A DNA stretch of 64,000 nt from Squalus acanthias (lineage: Eukaryota). Positions within the stretch are counted from its first letter, which is position 1. The number at the start of each line of letters is the position of its first letter. Below, one piece after another: positions 1 through 13,235 of this stretch. The stretch covers positions 99,200,001 to 99,264,000 of the forward strand of contig CM059434.1 in the NCBI GenBank assembly GCA_030390025.1, in the 5' to 3' direction. The notes under the pieces were generated by a model that had not been told where the DNA came from, made no database searches, and saw nothing but the letters and a program-made list of their open reading frames with translations. The translations under genes were made by a program, and so were the position numbers.

Positions 1-722
1 CGTAACCATGAAGAAAAGAGCATGTGCACGTGTATGTGAGAGTATACTCTCAAATTCTGGAGTGCTGGAGCATAGCCAGCCCTACCACCAGTAAATGAAC
101 CTTATCACAGTCAACACAAGGTATGGAGTCCACAGTGGCGCCAAAGTCTAATGAAGGCAATGTGCACGTGATTTACACAGGTATCTGAATGGACAGTAAT
201 ACCAAGTGGACGGGCATCTGGTGGGCAGGAACTGGAACAGTTTGGATTTCAGCTGTGGTACAAGCCTAAGTTCACAGCAGTTGTACTTGCTCGACTACTT
301 TTTTTTTTAACTTAATTTTAGGGCACAACACAGAACACACTGTACAACAAGGGGATATCATCATATGGCACTGTACAATGCATTGTGTGATTTTCAGATA
401 TACTGCAGCCAGATCCAAGGCAAACTGATCTGAAACCAGCACATCAAAACAACTTGATTGATTTCATTATTGATCAGACTAGGAACAAGCAGAGTGCTTG
501 TACACCACTTCTGGATCGGATATTGGCCAAATTCAGAGCCATTCTCTTCTCAGAAATGCAGTGTAAATGGAACATTAATACAGCGTTTACACTTTCAGTA
601 GAGTTTTAATTTGCCTCAAGACTGCACAGCACAAAATATTACACTGGCCCATCAGTTAATTACTGTAATAAAATTACTCACATTTAACTCAATGGGCCAA
701 TAAAACCTTTCCAACTTTGAAA

Positions 723-910
723 CTAAACTAATTTGTAATGAGATTTTCTTTCATGATTTGAAAATATGATGTGAAAGATTCTGTTGATAAAATTGAGTCC
801 TCGAGCTTTAAACAAGACATGTTGGGAGTTTTCTTTAACCATTTCCTGGAGGTCAACTGAAATGAGGGACTGCACTGAGCTAAATGCATACTCAAGAGAA
901 CCATAGTAAC
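723..910 (-). other. Candidate terminal exon (phase 1) encoding xYYGSLEYAFSS...RKSHYKLV*
   Basis: Acceptor ttcttcttgacctttccccctcccccgcaag|GT followed by a 62-aa protein-like open frame in non-repeat DNA. The host gene was not recognised. Confidence 0.4.
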
Positions 911-1262
911 CTTGCGGGGGAGGGGGAAAGGTCAAGAAGAACCAGCCCAAAGTTCAGAGGTCACATGGAACACATTGCTATTTGTGGTGCCATTCAGTGA
1001 TGACAGTGAAGTGAAATGTTTCAATTATTCACCAGTTGTTTTGAAAAGCAACAGGCCCACAGTTCAAAGGTTGAGGTGTGTTTATAGTACATCACAAGAC
1101 GATTTCCTCCCAAGAGAATATACAAAAGCCCCAAATCTGTTCAGAGCAATAACTTGCTCTCATTATTCAACAACTATCCTTAAATAAAATCAATTATATC
1201 GGTAACAACTTTGCGTTTTTTCGTTAAATGAATCTTGTCGCTCCGAGTAAAAAGATGTGGAT

Positions 1263-1450
1263 TTACGGCAATAATTTCTCAAGTGTATTCTTAGTCAGCC
1301 TGTTGGGGGAGGCATGAGTGTAGGCAGGTGCTCCATTCAGGTGGGAAGAGCGTGAAATCGCTATCTCAGTCTCCCCAATTGGGATTGTGCCTCTTGCTGG
1401 CAAGATATCCAACATTACTAACTGGTCGAAGAAGTCTGTGGCTCCTATTG
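1263..1450 (-). other. Candidate terminal exon (phase 1) encoding xIGATDFFDQLVML...LEKLLP*
   Basis: A long pyrimidine/C tract ending gcaaag|CA, followed by a 62-aa open frame. Confidence 0.3.
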
Positions 1451-2465
1451 CTTTGCAGTGGGTTGGGGTGGGGGGTGGAAGCAAGACAGAGAGAAACGAA
1501 ATGTATTCTGGAGACAGAAAAGTTGTCAAGCTGCTGATAACTGAAGGAAAGCAATTGATTGTTTCCTTTAAAAACAGAAAATTCTGAAAATACACAGCAG
1601 CTCACTCAGCATCGACAAATTCATTTTTCAGGTGAACCATTTCTTATAATCGCCGACCTACCAAATCTCACTCACTAGTAATGAGACAATCATTTTGGTA
1701 ATATGTTAACTTGTTAACTATTTTCATATAAGCCACTCTGATAAAAGCACAGTACCATATGATTAAATGTGTTTGTGATCGGTCTCGTTCTTTTGGTCTT
1801 GTATATCTCACTTGCAGCAGTTTCCTGATGCTGCTGGAACTGTACAAACTATAAACAGGGATTTAGAGTGCTAGAAGTCTTAACCTCTTGACAGCACTTT
1901 GGCACAGCAACTAAGTGATTGTATTGTGCCGAACCACTTTTTGTTAAAAGTCATTTATTTTCAGCAAGTGTATTGTAATGCAATCCCCTCCAAACTAACA
2001 CATTTAGTGAAATGGGGTCAGATACAGCCTTTGTTAACTGGACTGTGCATTTACCACATGAAACTGCCCCATCAAAGTAAGTAGATCCTATGGTTCTACA
2101 GAGCATAGTAGATACTGTACCATGTGTAGGACCTCACGCAGCCAACAGTGGCACCATAGCTTTTATATTTTGTTGTTTGTTAAGCAAAACATGTTTTGGC
2201 TCGTGGCATTATGAATGCAGCAAAAAAAATGTTTCTCTCAAGATGCAACGTTTGAAAAGAAAATCATAGGAAAAGAAGTTTTACCTTCACCCATTAAAAA
2301 TTCAATTAATCAGCTTTAGATTATGGTCTTGTTTTGGAGGTTTGCTAAATGAAAAGATTATCTACTTTTCTAAAAACTGAACTCTCCCTTTAAATTTGCA
2401 ACCCCTCTCAAAATTCCCATTCCATCTGTCCGTCCTCGCTGCACTGCCCCAGTAAAATAGAGCGG

Positions 2466-3260
2466 ATAGTACAAACAGGAATCTGTTGTGATCTCAGGAA
2501 ATTTGGAGAAAGGGATTAAAAAGGAAGCAGTTTTCAGATCCGTACTGCATAAGGGATAAACTAATTGCTCCTGTTCAGCATAGCTCAAGACATGAGCTAG
2601 AGATTACTGTTGCTGATATTCACAGATGAATGCTCGACACTTTTGTATGACATTCCTTTATCCATTATTTTAATAGAGGCACTAACCGGTTTATTTTAAT
2701 GTTACCTAATGTATTGATAATTACATTATATTCCTCAACCATGGACCCTTAACCATGGACCCTTAACTCTCATCCTTCTGTGACCTCCTTCTATTTCAAT
2801 CATTTAGCTGACTATATCGATCACAAAACCGGTATTTTAGACAATGGAATGCATAAATGTACGTACGACACAACATAGACAGAATGAGTCCTACTACAAA
2901 AACACAGCAGGCTTGCAGTTCCATCATCTTGGATGTTTCAAATTGACTGCTTAAAGGACAAAATTCTTGCTTTCAGATTGCACCCTCCTTGATATTCACC
3001 AGAATAGACTCTCCACTTTCCTTTTCTTTTATCCCCCTCTATTCCCGAAGGCACCGACTCTTAATGGTGTATGATTCCATGGGTGCCAGCCACCATCCGT
3101 CACCTTGCCCAGCAGGCCATTTTTCATGTGGCAGCCTTGACAGTGAATAGTACAAATAGGACTCGGCTGTGATCTCAGAAAGTCTGGGGAAAGGGTTTAA
3201 AAAGGAAGCAGTTTTCAGATCCGTACTGCATAAGGGATAAACTAATTGCTCCTGTTCAGC
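2466..3260. repeat. 114-bp direct repeat pair (2466-2579 and 3147-3260)
   Basis: Ungapped alignment at offset 681. The ~60-bp core TAAAAAGGAAGCAGTTTTCAGATCCGTACTGCATAAGGGATAAACTAATTGCTCCTGTTCAGC is identical. Confidence 0.95.
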
Positions 3261-4608
3261 TCTTTGACTGAGGAGGGCATCAAAGCCAAGTGCAATTTGG
3301 TTTCTCACCCAACGTTCACATACGTGTGTCTTTTCCAAGGGAAATCACTTGATAACAATCAGCAGCGAGAATTCTGGTTGAAAGTTCTCCTCCCTAGAAA
3401 TCAACTGTACATGCTAGTCCATCTGAGACCAACTAACTCAGCACAGATTGCAAGTGGAACCTGGGATCTTCTGAATTGAACTCAATAATATCCACTAGGC
3501 CATCAAGGGAGATTCAGACTTTTCACTTTCTAAACATGCAATTTAAAAAAAAAAATGGTATTAACACCTGCTTCCCCAACAACTTTCCACCCCCTCACCC
3601 CGAAAACGTTGACTCCTTGCTAGGGTACAGTTCCAAGGGCACTATTCGCCCTCTGGAATACCAAGTGGTCATCATGTAGATATACGCCTCGATAGTGACC
3701 ATCAATTGTAGTACCCTCAGCATGGTGATTAACTAACTGGGCACAGGCCAGGGATTGAACCTGGGCTCTTCCTGCTCTGTGCAACTAAGATGCTCACTGT
3801 ATAGCCTCGCGTAGCCAGCCACTGGAACAGCTGCTTACACAAGCAGAGCGGAGCTTCATTTTAACATCTATAGTGAAAGCTTATACTGTACAATTTCGAA
3901 CATGATTTATTTAGCAGAGGTTACTGCATGCTCAGAGTGTAAAGCACAGGCACACGCAGGGTCTCGCTCACTTTCTCAGCAGTTTTAAATATCATTCCGC
4001 AAGATTAAACTTAAGCATGATAATAAGAGTAGTAACCACCTGCCTTTTATGTGTGGATTCACAGAAAATACTTTGAAATATTCCAACGGAAGATTCAAAG
4101 CACTGCAAGAAGTTCTGAAAGTCCAAATGTTTTGAAGGGTATATTGCAAGAAAAGATCAAAATCAGCTTAACATTAATTTAAAGTCGGAAGTAACATAAA
4201 TATTATTTTGTCTGTTACAAGTTACTGACAGGGTGTGGAATCCAACCTGCAGAATCTACAGTACTGTACTAGCAGCCCCAACAGGTCATGGGTTCGATTT
4301 TCTTTGCAGTTCTGTAATACAGAGAGCTATCAAACTATTCTTGGCTGAATGCAGGATAGTCACTCATATATGAACTCCTTTAGCAAAGCTTCCAAGTCAG
4401 TCCCTATTTTATAGCCACCATTCTCTTGAATTTATGTATTATAGCAGCAATAATATTTAAGTACAAACAGGCCCTCAATCTCTCAGCGAAAGAGGGCTGC
4501 ATATACTGACACCACTATTCCCAGAGTGGAGATGATTGGGTAATTCCCCCATCAATCATGCCTGGAAACCACACTGCTGTAAGTGACTGGGATTAATGTT
4601 AAACACTT

Positions 4609-4708
4609 AATTTGTATGTAACTATCCTCCACTCACTGTACTTTTCTGGAGAAATAATCAATTTGTATATTGTAACTATCGTCCACTCACTGCATTTTGC
4701 TGGAGAAA
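4609..4708. repeat. Imperfect ~50-bp tandem duplication
   Basis: AATTTGTAT..TAACTATC.TCCACTCACTG...TTT.CTGGAGAAAT occurs twice. Confidence 0.8.
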
Positions 4709-4892
4709 TCACCCTGTTTTTAAATCGGGAGACATTGCTGTAGTTTGAGTCAGGAGTTCTGTTTGCTGTAGTTCGTAGAGACTCTTTTTGAATAGACTCT
4801 GTAGACTGTGTGCGGTTTGAATAGACTTACTTTGTTTTGCTGTAAAAGAGGATTGTTTGCTGCGAGTCCTGCCGTAAGTCCTGCCCCGCCTC

Positions 4893-5023
4893 CAACTCAT
4901 TGGCGGACACAGCTCAACTCATTGGCGGACACAGCTCAACTCATTGGCGGACACAGCGCAACTCATTGGCGGACACAGCGCAACTCATTGGCGGAGAGAG
5001 TGCAACTCATTGGCGGAGAGAGT
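4893..5023. repeat. 22-bp minisatellite, ~6 copies
   Basis: Unit CAACTCATTGGCGGACACAGC(T/G), drifting to ...GGAGAGAGTG in the last two copies. There are no spacers. Confidence 0.95.
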
Positions 5024-8000
5024 GGTGTCAGTAGAAACTCTGGTGAAAGAGAAGCAGCTTCTTTCTAAACCAAGCAGAATCTGGGAAAAGTCTCCCATAA
5101 TGTAACAAAATGAACTAATCAGCCATGTGAAAGTGATCTGTTTCATGGCATTACTTGCTTCTCTCATTTTACTCACTGCAAGGATTTCTTATTCTTCTGG
5201 TCAAAGTATTTTGAGCATACTTATTCAGATTGAATTTGTACGACATTCTTCCTTCTAAACGTTACAAGTATATAATGCTATCATAAACACATAGTACTGT
5301 ACCTATCTTTTTTCACTTGTTTAATTGATTAAGTAACACAAATGATTTGGGGTGGGATTACACTGGAACAGACATTTATGCCACCTGGGTGGATCAGTGA
5401 TCATAGAGTGTTCTGATTAGAGGAATGAGAAACAAACCTTCAGCATAATTATATGGAAAGAGTAGTACAGGAGCAAAATGAAGAACTTAACCACTAAAGT
5501 TTACTTTCCCTTTGAGTCACACTGATATTGCGCCAAGATTTAGTTTACCTGTGGGAGGAAAACGCACTTTTGAATGATACAAGTTGAAACTTGAATTATT
5601 GCTTGAATAAATAATGTTTAGCAATATGCTCAGGCACTGGATTGAATTCCATCCTACTGATTTGACATATTGAATTACTGTATTAATTTATTATACAACT
5701 TGTGGTCTCTCACCTGCAATGCGGTCAGTGTGCTGTTATGTTTGGTACCTGGCAGAGCTCCAAAAACAATTTACCGTCCCTCTGATGCCAGCTTATTACT
5801 CCCTTAGTCATTTCATCTATATACACTTTTAGGGCTAATGCTTACCCCATTTTAAGGTAATAGACTGGACTAATTTTGAGCATTCTGTTCCAGTCTAATA
5901 GGAATAGCATACGAAAAGATGCCCTAGTCAAGTCTGATTCCTTATAGAACCCACGTTTCTACCCAATACACAAGACATCCAATTCCAGGCCAAATCATAC
6001 CAACCAAATTAAGGTTGGCAAATATTTTGCCTTGTATTTGTGCTCATTACCTCACAAGGTTTCTGATAACTACTGAGCAAGTTCATAATTGTGTTATGTT
6101 GGGATCAGCAAAGAACAATTTGAAGGACTTCTTAAGCTCATTCTTGTGTGACGAGGGTTTCCCCAGTGATGACTAGCCCTTTTCCCCAGACAAACGAACC
6201 AATGGGTCTGACTGACCTGAGTGTTGGTGTGCAAAGGCAGGAGCACATTGTTTGGTTGGCAGTACAATGAACTATAACTTAGTTTGGTCAATGAATGCTC
6301 AGTTCTGTTGTGTTGTTGCACTGTAGGCTCATGCTATCAGGAACAAACTAGGTGTAAGCTAGTCAGTGCAATGTCAAATCCACCAAAGAAATGCAACAAA
6401 TATGTTATGGCAGAGGTTCCCAAATTGCAGGTGGGAGGTGGGCACAACAAGGTTGTCGGAGGTAGGGGGTGGGCTAGGAGGGCGCGGACATAGTAGTCAG
6501 GAAATTACTCAGACCTGCTCCTGCTTTTCTGCTGTTACTTCACTGTAAGTAACTCTCACCGATTTAAAAACAATCAAAAGAAATCTCTTCTCAAATTTTA
6601 TCATAAATTAAAAACTTACTGGCATTCGAAGGCCTATAACTAGCTGCAAGTGAATGGTATCTTCTGCCAACCCCTATTCGAGCGTGATGCAATTGAGATT
6701 ATACCCAGAATTTCCCTGCTTGTACTACTCCACAAACACGTCAGTAATGCTCCGGAGCGTGCAGTGTAACAACAGCAAACAGACAGGTTCTGGCTGACCA
6801 GCTGAAGAATTCAGTATTTGGAAAAAAAAGGTAAATCAACAATAAAATAGAATCAGGTGTGGCATGACTGGTATTCTTACGAATCAGCTCGTGTATCCTC
6901 ATCAAAAGCCTTGCTCCTTCTGCAGCCTACTGCCATTTCATCTCTCCGTCCCCCACTACACCAGGCCGGCCAAGGGAAATGGACCATTTTGTCCACTACA
7001 ATGTCAGTCGTACTCTGGAGTGTAACTCAACCCTTATCCACCTTTATCTTCATCACAATAAGGGGATGAGTCAGCAGCAACAGGTCAAGATACTCAAGAA
7101 TAAATGTGAACACATCAAATACAAAAAGTGAGCAGGTGCAGCATATTCCAATCCCATGTAAATATAACAACAGTGTAAAAGTACTTAGTAATTTAAAACA
7201 ATTAATTTTGCACATCGGCCCAGTGATCAACAACATTAAGTTCACATCAAAATATTTTCCATGGTGCGTTAACATCTGCTTTCAGAACACTACAGCTGCT
7301 GTTAGCAATTACTTTCAATCCTATCTGAAAGCTCTGACACATATGCTGACATGAACAGTGTGTTCCAGTATGAAATATCAGACTGCCACCCAAGATTTAT
7401 GATATTTTAAATTTTATGTTGATTGGAGTCATTAAGATTCCCACACTAAAAGTTCAAACTGCACAATGATCTAGCAGGTTTTTCTTACCCGGTTTCTTAC
7501 TCGGGGTGGGGGGGGGGGGCGCGGGGGGTAGAACTCTTTATTTATTAGTTCAATGATATCGCCCATGGCCTCGAGTGTTGTGGCATCTGCCCTGTCTGTA
7601 CTGTTGGGTGTATTCCACAGCACTGGAACAACTGAAAAACAATTACACAACTGTGCAAAACTCTGTGTGTGCAATAGTTTTGAAGTTGTGTTTCTGACTG
7701 TCATTTCTTCCCCAATTTCTGGGGAAGGTCTCTACGGGCCAATAAGCAAAAAAAACACATCACTTGAGAGGAGGGGAGCTGAGCTGCGCTGCTAAGCCTA
7801 CTAAGGTAGGAAAAACAGTGAACTCCAGCTCCAGAAGGATGGCCCAACGATTCACGGAACTTCTGTAGGCAGCATCCATCACCTCAGGTACTTCACTGTA
7901 CTGATGCCAAAATCAGGGCTGCTGTTAATGAGAATGTGATAATATAAATGAAGCATTAGACTACTGAGGCCTTCCGACACACTCAAAAAACAATTTGGTT

Positions 8001-9868
8001 GAGCTTTGAATTTTGCATTTATAGAGGGAAGATTGTCCCATTGGCCATTATCAATGACCTGCAGGGTGCAGACATACCCACCTCCTCATACTTTAATAAA
8101 GCAGAAGATAACTGTCATGAAAATACTTTTAAAAGAGACAGATTTCATATTTATTTACAGATGCTCAGATCCTTGAGGTAATTTTACAAGTTTGTACCCC
8201 TGACACAGAGCCTTACCCACCTGAAGCCCATGTCAACAATTACAGCACATGCCTGCCCGCCCCCACCCCACAAGTATGGTCTATTAAATAGAAGGAAAAT
8301 CATTAAATTATCCATGGGTTGTGTTCTAATGAAGGGTCAATACATAAAACGTTAACCTGTCTCTTTTCAGGTGTGCATTTCTAACATTTTGTCTGGTTTT
8401 AATACAGTTCCTCAGATGTTATCTGGTATCATAGTCATGGACTGGTTAAATAGCCTGGAAATTACAGACCAAAGTTAACAGACTAGGCCAAGGCAGCTCG
8501 CTAATCGTTGTTGGAGACTGTGAGAAACAACCAGGCAGGCAGTCAGTTTGAAAAGGATACACCAGCATTAAAGAGAGAAAATTACCCTTTTATATATCAG
8601 AGACAGAAACCCTGCAGGGCCTTGTCGTACAAAGACAGATCAATGCAGGCCGATAGATCACAGCTTATCCCAGCTGCCTGTACAGTCACAGCAAGGAAAG
8701 CTGCAGAAAAACGGAGGAATGCGAGAGTATTGCTGTATGAAGAGATTGTATTCAGGAGGAGTTCATGTGCACTGTTGTGCTCGGTAGGTGCACAGTATAT
8801 GTTCCACGTTGTATTTCTAATCTATTAATACCTGGTTGTGAACTTTATTTTCAGAGATCCTCAATAATGAATCATTGTTTAAAGTAGATCAGTAAAATGC
8901 CTTCAAAATTAACAAACAAACATCAGCTAGAAATCTAGCAGCACAGTGACAGAGCGTGACCGAGTGCTAGGCTGGAGGTTCACACACACAGTGAGTTACC
9001 CATTTCAGCCATGCCACCATGGGGTGACTATGCATTTCCTCACATGCATGAAAATAAACATAGCAACCAAGAATTAAAAGCTAGAGTTACCCCGGTCTGC
9101 TGTACTGCATATCCTTGTAGTCAACTATACAACATCATCAGCAGAGTCCTAGGATTATGACACCTGCGTGTCCTCTTGACCTGGGTGTATGGTGATGTAG
9201 GAAGTCCCATGAGAGGAGGGGTAGAAAAAAAAGAGATTAACAGAAAAGAACAGGAACCCACTAGAACAGGTGGCACGGAAAAGGCAAAAGAAAACTCCAC
9301 AGAAGGTAAAAAAAAGTTATCAAAAAGCACAAATGACTAAACATGATTTCCCCCCCCACCCCCAAGATCTCACAAAAGGTACAGCACTACTCCCATCGGC
9401 TACTTGCTGCATCACTATAACGCACAACAGTGGAGCTTCCAGAGTCACAGGAACCCCCATTACAGAAGCGGAAAATGACACTCAGATGGACATCCCTTTT
9501 AGGGCACTTTTACATTGGTGCTGGGGTTCAGGAAAATCAGCTGCTCTGACCCTTTCTAATGCATCTGTGTGCCTCCATCTCCCTATAGAAGCTGTTAGAA
9601 AAGGGCAGTGGCAGAGACCTTGGGCTGGATTTTGCCATTGGTGGCGGGTTGGGGGCGGGTCAGGTGGGATAATTTAGCTATTTTGCCCTAATTGAGCAAT
9701 TGATTCCCAGCGTGTGCGCACCCCTGGCCCAATGAGTCTTTTGGGCCTGAAACTCGCCTCTGATGACGTCATTTATGTAGCTGCATTTAAGGGCTCCAAG
9801 TAGCCTTGGTTCATTTTCTGCCTCAAAACTTTTATTTGCTAATCTTCTAACGGTTTGGTCCTCTTGAA

Positions 9869-11722
9869 ATGTCTAGTTCAAGGGCTAAGGCCTCACCCCG
9901 GTTTGATGATGACTCCCTCCATGCTCTGGTGGAGGGAGCCAGAGCGCAGAAGGAGATGCTGTTTCCTTCCTCTGGGAGGAAAAAACCTCCCCAGCAGACA
10001 AAAGCTGTGTGGCTGCAACTGGCACAGGAGGTCAGTTCGAGATCAATGTGCAGCAGAACCTGGCTGCAGTGCCGAAAGAGGTTCAATGACCTTGTCCGCA
10101 CAGGAAAAGTGAGTATGACATCACCATTACCCTCAATCTGCTCCCCATTGCCTCTCATCACCAGCACTCTGCAACGTCAACCTACTCCTCCACATCCCAC
10201 TTTACCCTTACATGCCTTGCACCCTTAACCACCCCTCTCTCTATGTACACAATCACTTAACTATTCGACTATGCTGGCCTCGCACCCCCTATCATTGTTA
10301 TGCTATGACAACAACACACAGGGAGGGCCCTTGGTCTTGGGACCTCACTCCATTTTTGTGTCCTTCTAAGCATCTATGCTATGGATTCTCTACACTCACT
10401 CCATCATTCTCACTCAAACTCCACTTGTGTCCCTCATTGCAGGAAAAGAGAGCCCACAATAAGAGGGAAAGGGCGAAGACAGGAGGAGGGCCACCCTCAA
10501 TAGCCCAGCATACCAGCGCTGAGGAGGCGGCCCTGGAGATCGTGGGAGCAGAGGAGGATGTGGAAGTGGGGGACGGACAGACGGGCGCATCAGAGCAAAC
10601 TGGTGACAGAATAGTTTTGCATCTCTCTCATTTACATTGCATGAGTGACTGATATTGATTCTGATGCTCAAACAGATTGACTTATGATCATCTGCACAAT
10701 TCCATGTGCATGCAACGTTTATATCACATGTCTAACTCATTCCTTTACTCCCCCACAGGACCATCGACAGCCCCCCTCCCCACTGTCCAGGAGGAAGAGC
10801 CTGAGCCGGAAGACTCCTCAGAGGAAGCTGCAACCTCTGAGGGCGCAGCGTCAGCAGAATTAAGCGCACCCAGCACCAGCGCAAACACTCACACCTCGGT
10901 GGGACCTTCGCGAGATAGATTAGTGTTGTCACCTGGTGTATCACAGCTCACAAGTGAGCATCAGCAGATGGTGGAGACAGGGACAGCAGTGGAGAGTCCT
11001 CGTCGGAGGCCGCAGGGCGCTCCCAGCTCTGCTGTATGTGGACCCTGTACCTCCGGGTCCATCCAGAAAGAGTGGTGCTGGAACTCCAGGAACAGGTGCA
11101 GGAGTCTCTGGCAGGTTTTGTCTCCAGGGTCACTGCAAGTGTGGAGAGGATGGAGGAGTCCATCGCTAACATGAGCAGAGCCTTTGTGGATGCATTGGCG
11201 CATGAACGTATCACCATGGAAAGGATGGCAACCTCCATGGAAAGGATGGCTACGGTAGAGGAGAGGATGGCTACGGCCATGGAGAAGCTAAGTTGCCAGA
11301 GTGTTGAAAACATGGTGATTGTTCAGAATAGACTGACATCTCTGGAGGAGCGATGGGCAGCTCATGGCCCCCCTGAAGTGCAGCAAGGTGCTGTCAAGCC
11401 ACTTGCTAGCTCTGAAGTGGGGCTGACCCATGAGAGGGATGTTGGTGGCAGACAACAAGGAAATGGGGGATCCTCTCCAAGCACTCACTATCCCATGCCA
11501 CTGCGGAGCCCTCGGTCAGAGCCCCACCAGAGTCCTCACCCAACTGAGATGGGCGTCTCATCCCCTGCACAGCCGCAGGAGGAGCAGACTGTTGGCGAGC
11601 CCTCACAGGCTTGCAACCCCAGAGGACGCCCGCCAAGGTGTCGAGGCAGGAGCAGCATAAACGTGAGCAAGGGACCTCCACATCTGCTGAAGCCACAGGG
11701 GAAGCACCACGTAGGAGCATGA
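9869..11722 (+). pseudogene. Harbinger Myb/SANT-like (trihelix) DNA-binding protein gene, 3 exons, frameshifted
   Basis: Exon 1 9869-10108 (PRFDDDSLHALV...W...RTWLQCRKRFNDL, donor GTGAGT, phase 0). Exon 2 10443-10602 (EKRAHNKRERAKTGGGPP, a typical Harbinger Myb motif; donor GTGACA, phase 1). Exon 3 starts at 10759 (ccccacag|GA CCA). A frame change near 11030-11070 leads into a coiled-coil-like MERMAT repeat ORF ending 11722. AATAAA lies near 11815. Confidence 0.85.
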
Positions 11723-12006
11723 GTAAGAGGAAGATAAAGCACAAGTAGTCACAAGGGTAGTCATAAGGGTGTTCTGTTGTGTTTAATTGTTAAATGCCGT
11801 CCTTTAGTCAATGTAATAAAATAAAGTGACGGCAAACTGTTGAAGTTCTGGGCTGTGTCATTTCGCAAATGGAAGTTCCACATTGAGGGCTCAGGGTGAC
11901 TTGGATTTGTCATGATGGTGGTTAGAGTGATAGGAAGCCGCAGGTTCTTGTCCATTGTCTATGGTGTGGTAAGAAGGTGCGAGCCAAATGTGTTTGATTG
12001 GGCAGC

Positions 12007-13235
12007 CTAAGCAAATCTGGCCAAGATGAGTGAATCCCTTGCAGCAATGTGCTCATGTGCTGCTGCCGCTGGTTGATGCGTCTCCGCAAGGTCTTTGTTC
12101 TCGCTCTTCTCCTCCTCCTCATCCCCATCCTCATCCGAGGAGGCTATGCGCTGAGCCACCTGTTCGTCAGGCAGCTGCAAGCCTCGATGCTGTGTGATGT
12201 TGTGAAGTGCACAGCAGACCATGACGATTCTGGAGACCCTGGCTGCTGAGTACTGCAGGGCTCCACCTGATCTATCATGGCATCTGAATCGCATCTTCAG
12301 CAAGCCGATGGTTTGCTTGATAATGGATCTGGTCGAAATGTGGCTGGAGTTGTAGCACTCCTCAGCTTGTTGGATGGCCTCCTGAACGGTGTCATTAGCC
12401 ACGTCTTCAGGGGATAGCCCTTGTCTCCAAGTAGCCATCCGCAAACTTGGTTTGGCGGACTGAAGAGCGGAGGCACACTAAACTGCCGCAGGATGAATGA
12501 GTCATGGCAACTGCCAGGGTACTTGGCGCAAACATGCAAAATTTCCTTCTTGTGGTTACACACCAGCTGCACGTTGAGGGAGACGAAGCCCTTGCGGTTG
12601 ACAAAAAGAGCTGGATTGTGATGGGGTGCCTTAAGGGCCACATGTGTGCAGTCTACGACGCCCTGCACCCTTGGCAAGCCTGCCATATTTGCAAATCCAA
12701 CCGCACGCATGGTTATACTTACTTGATCCTTGGAGAGGTTTGTGTAATTGTGCGCCTTTGCAAAGAAGGCATCGGTAACCTGCGTGATGCAAGTGTGTGT
12801 GGCCGACTGGGAGATTCCGCTGATGTCTGCTGTTGATCCCTGGAATGAGCCTGAAGCAAAAAAGTTGAGTGCGGTGGTGACTTTAATGGCCACTGGTAAG
12901 GGGTGTCCACCCGCTCCTCTGGGCTCCAGGTCTTGCTGCAGCATTGCGCAGATGTCACCCACTACCTCTCGCGAAAGTCTCAGCCTCCTTTGGCACTGCT
13001 GCTCAGTCATGTTGAGGAAGCTTATCCTCATCCTGTAAACCCTGTTTTGGGGGTATCTCCTGCGGCGACGTGCTTCCCTGCGCTGGTGCCTTCTGCCCTG
13101 TGCAGCTTCAGGTGGGTGAGCAGCAGGTTGGCGCTCTTATTGTTGCTGCTGCTGTTGTTCCTGGTTCTGCTGCTGCCACGGCTGGTCTTCATCCAAATCA
13201 GAGGTCCAGGAGGAAAGGAAATAAATGGTTCCCAT
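12007..13235 (-). pseudogene. Harbinger DDE transposase (HARBI1-like, DDE_Tnp_4 family), disrupted
   Basis: Motifs [52 protein letters not shown] and LLKMRFRC..., CCALHN. The ATG at 13235 is in frame with ORF 12297-13031. There is an in-frame TAA at 13137-13139 in a polyQ tract and a frameshift near 12380. The expected catalytic E reads K (IIKQTIG). Confidence 0.93.

Noticed and set aside
2466-3260. Duplicated snoRNA genes
   Set aside because: I found no convincing C/D boxes with terminal stem or H/ACA two-hairpin layout. An Rfam scan would settle it.
4893-5023. CRISPR-like array
   Set aside because: The units abut with no unique spacers, the context is eukaryotic and there are no cas genes. 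It is a minisatellite.
7503-7528. G-quadruplex / promoter island
   Set aside because: This is a short G run with no extended CpG island. Similar G homopolymers occur at about 38330 and 39285 and nothing supports a function.
9123-9144. let-7-like miRNA (AACTATACAAC matches the complement of the let-7 3' end)
   Set aside because: Only 11 nt match, the seed-containing half is absent and no precursor hairpin is evident.
12007-13235. Domesticated host gene HARBI1 (and NAIF1/MSANTD for the Myb ORF)
   Set aside because: It is enclosed by TIRs, paired with the partner gene, and carries a stop, frameshifts and a catalytic substitution. It is a transposon copy, so no gene symbol is given.
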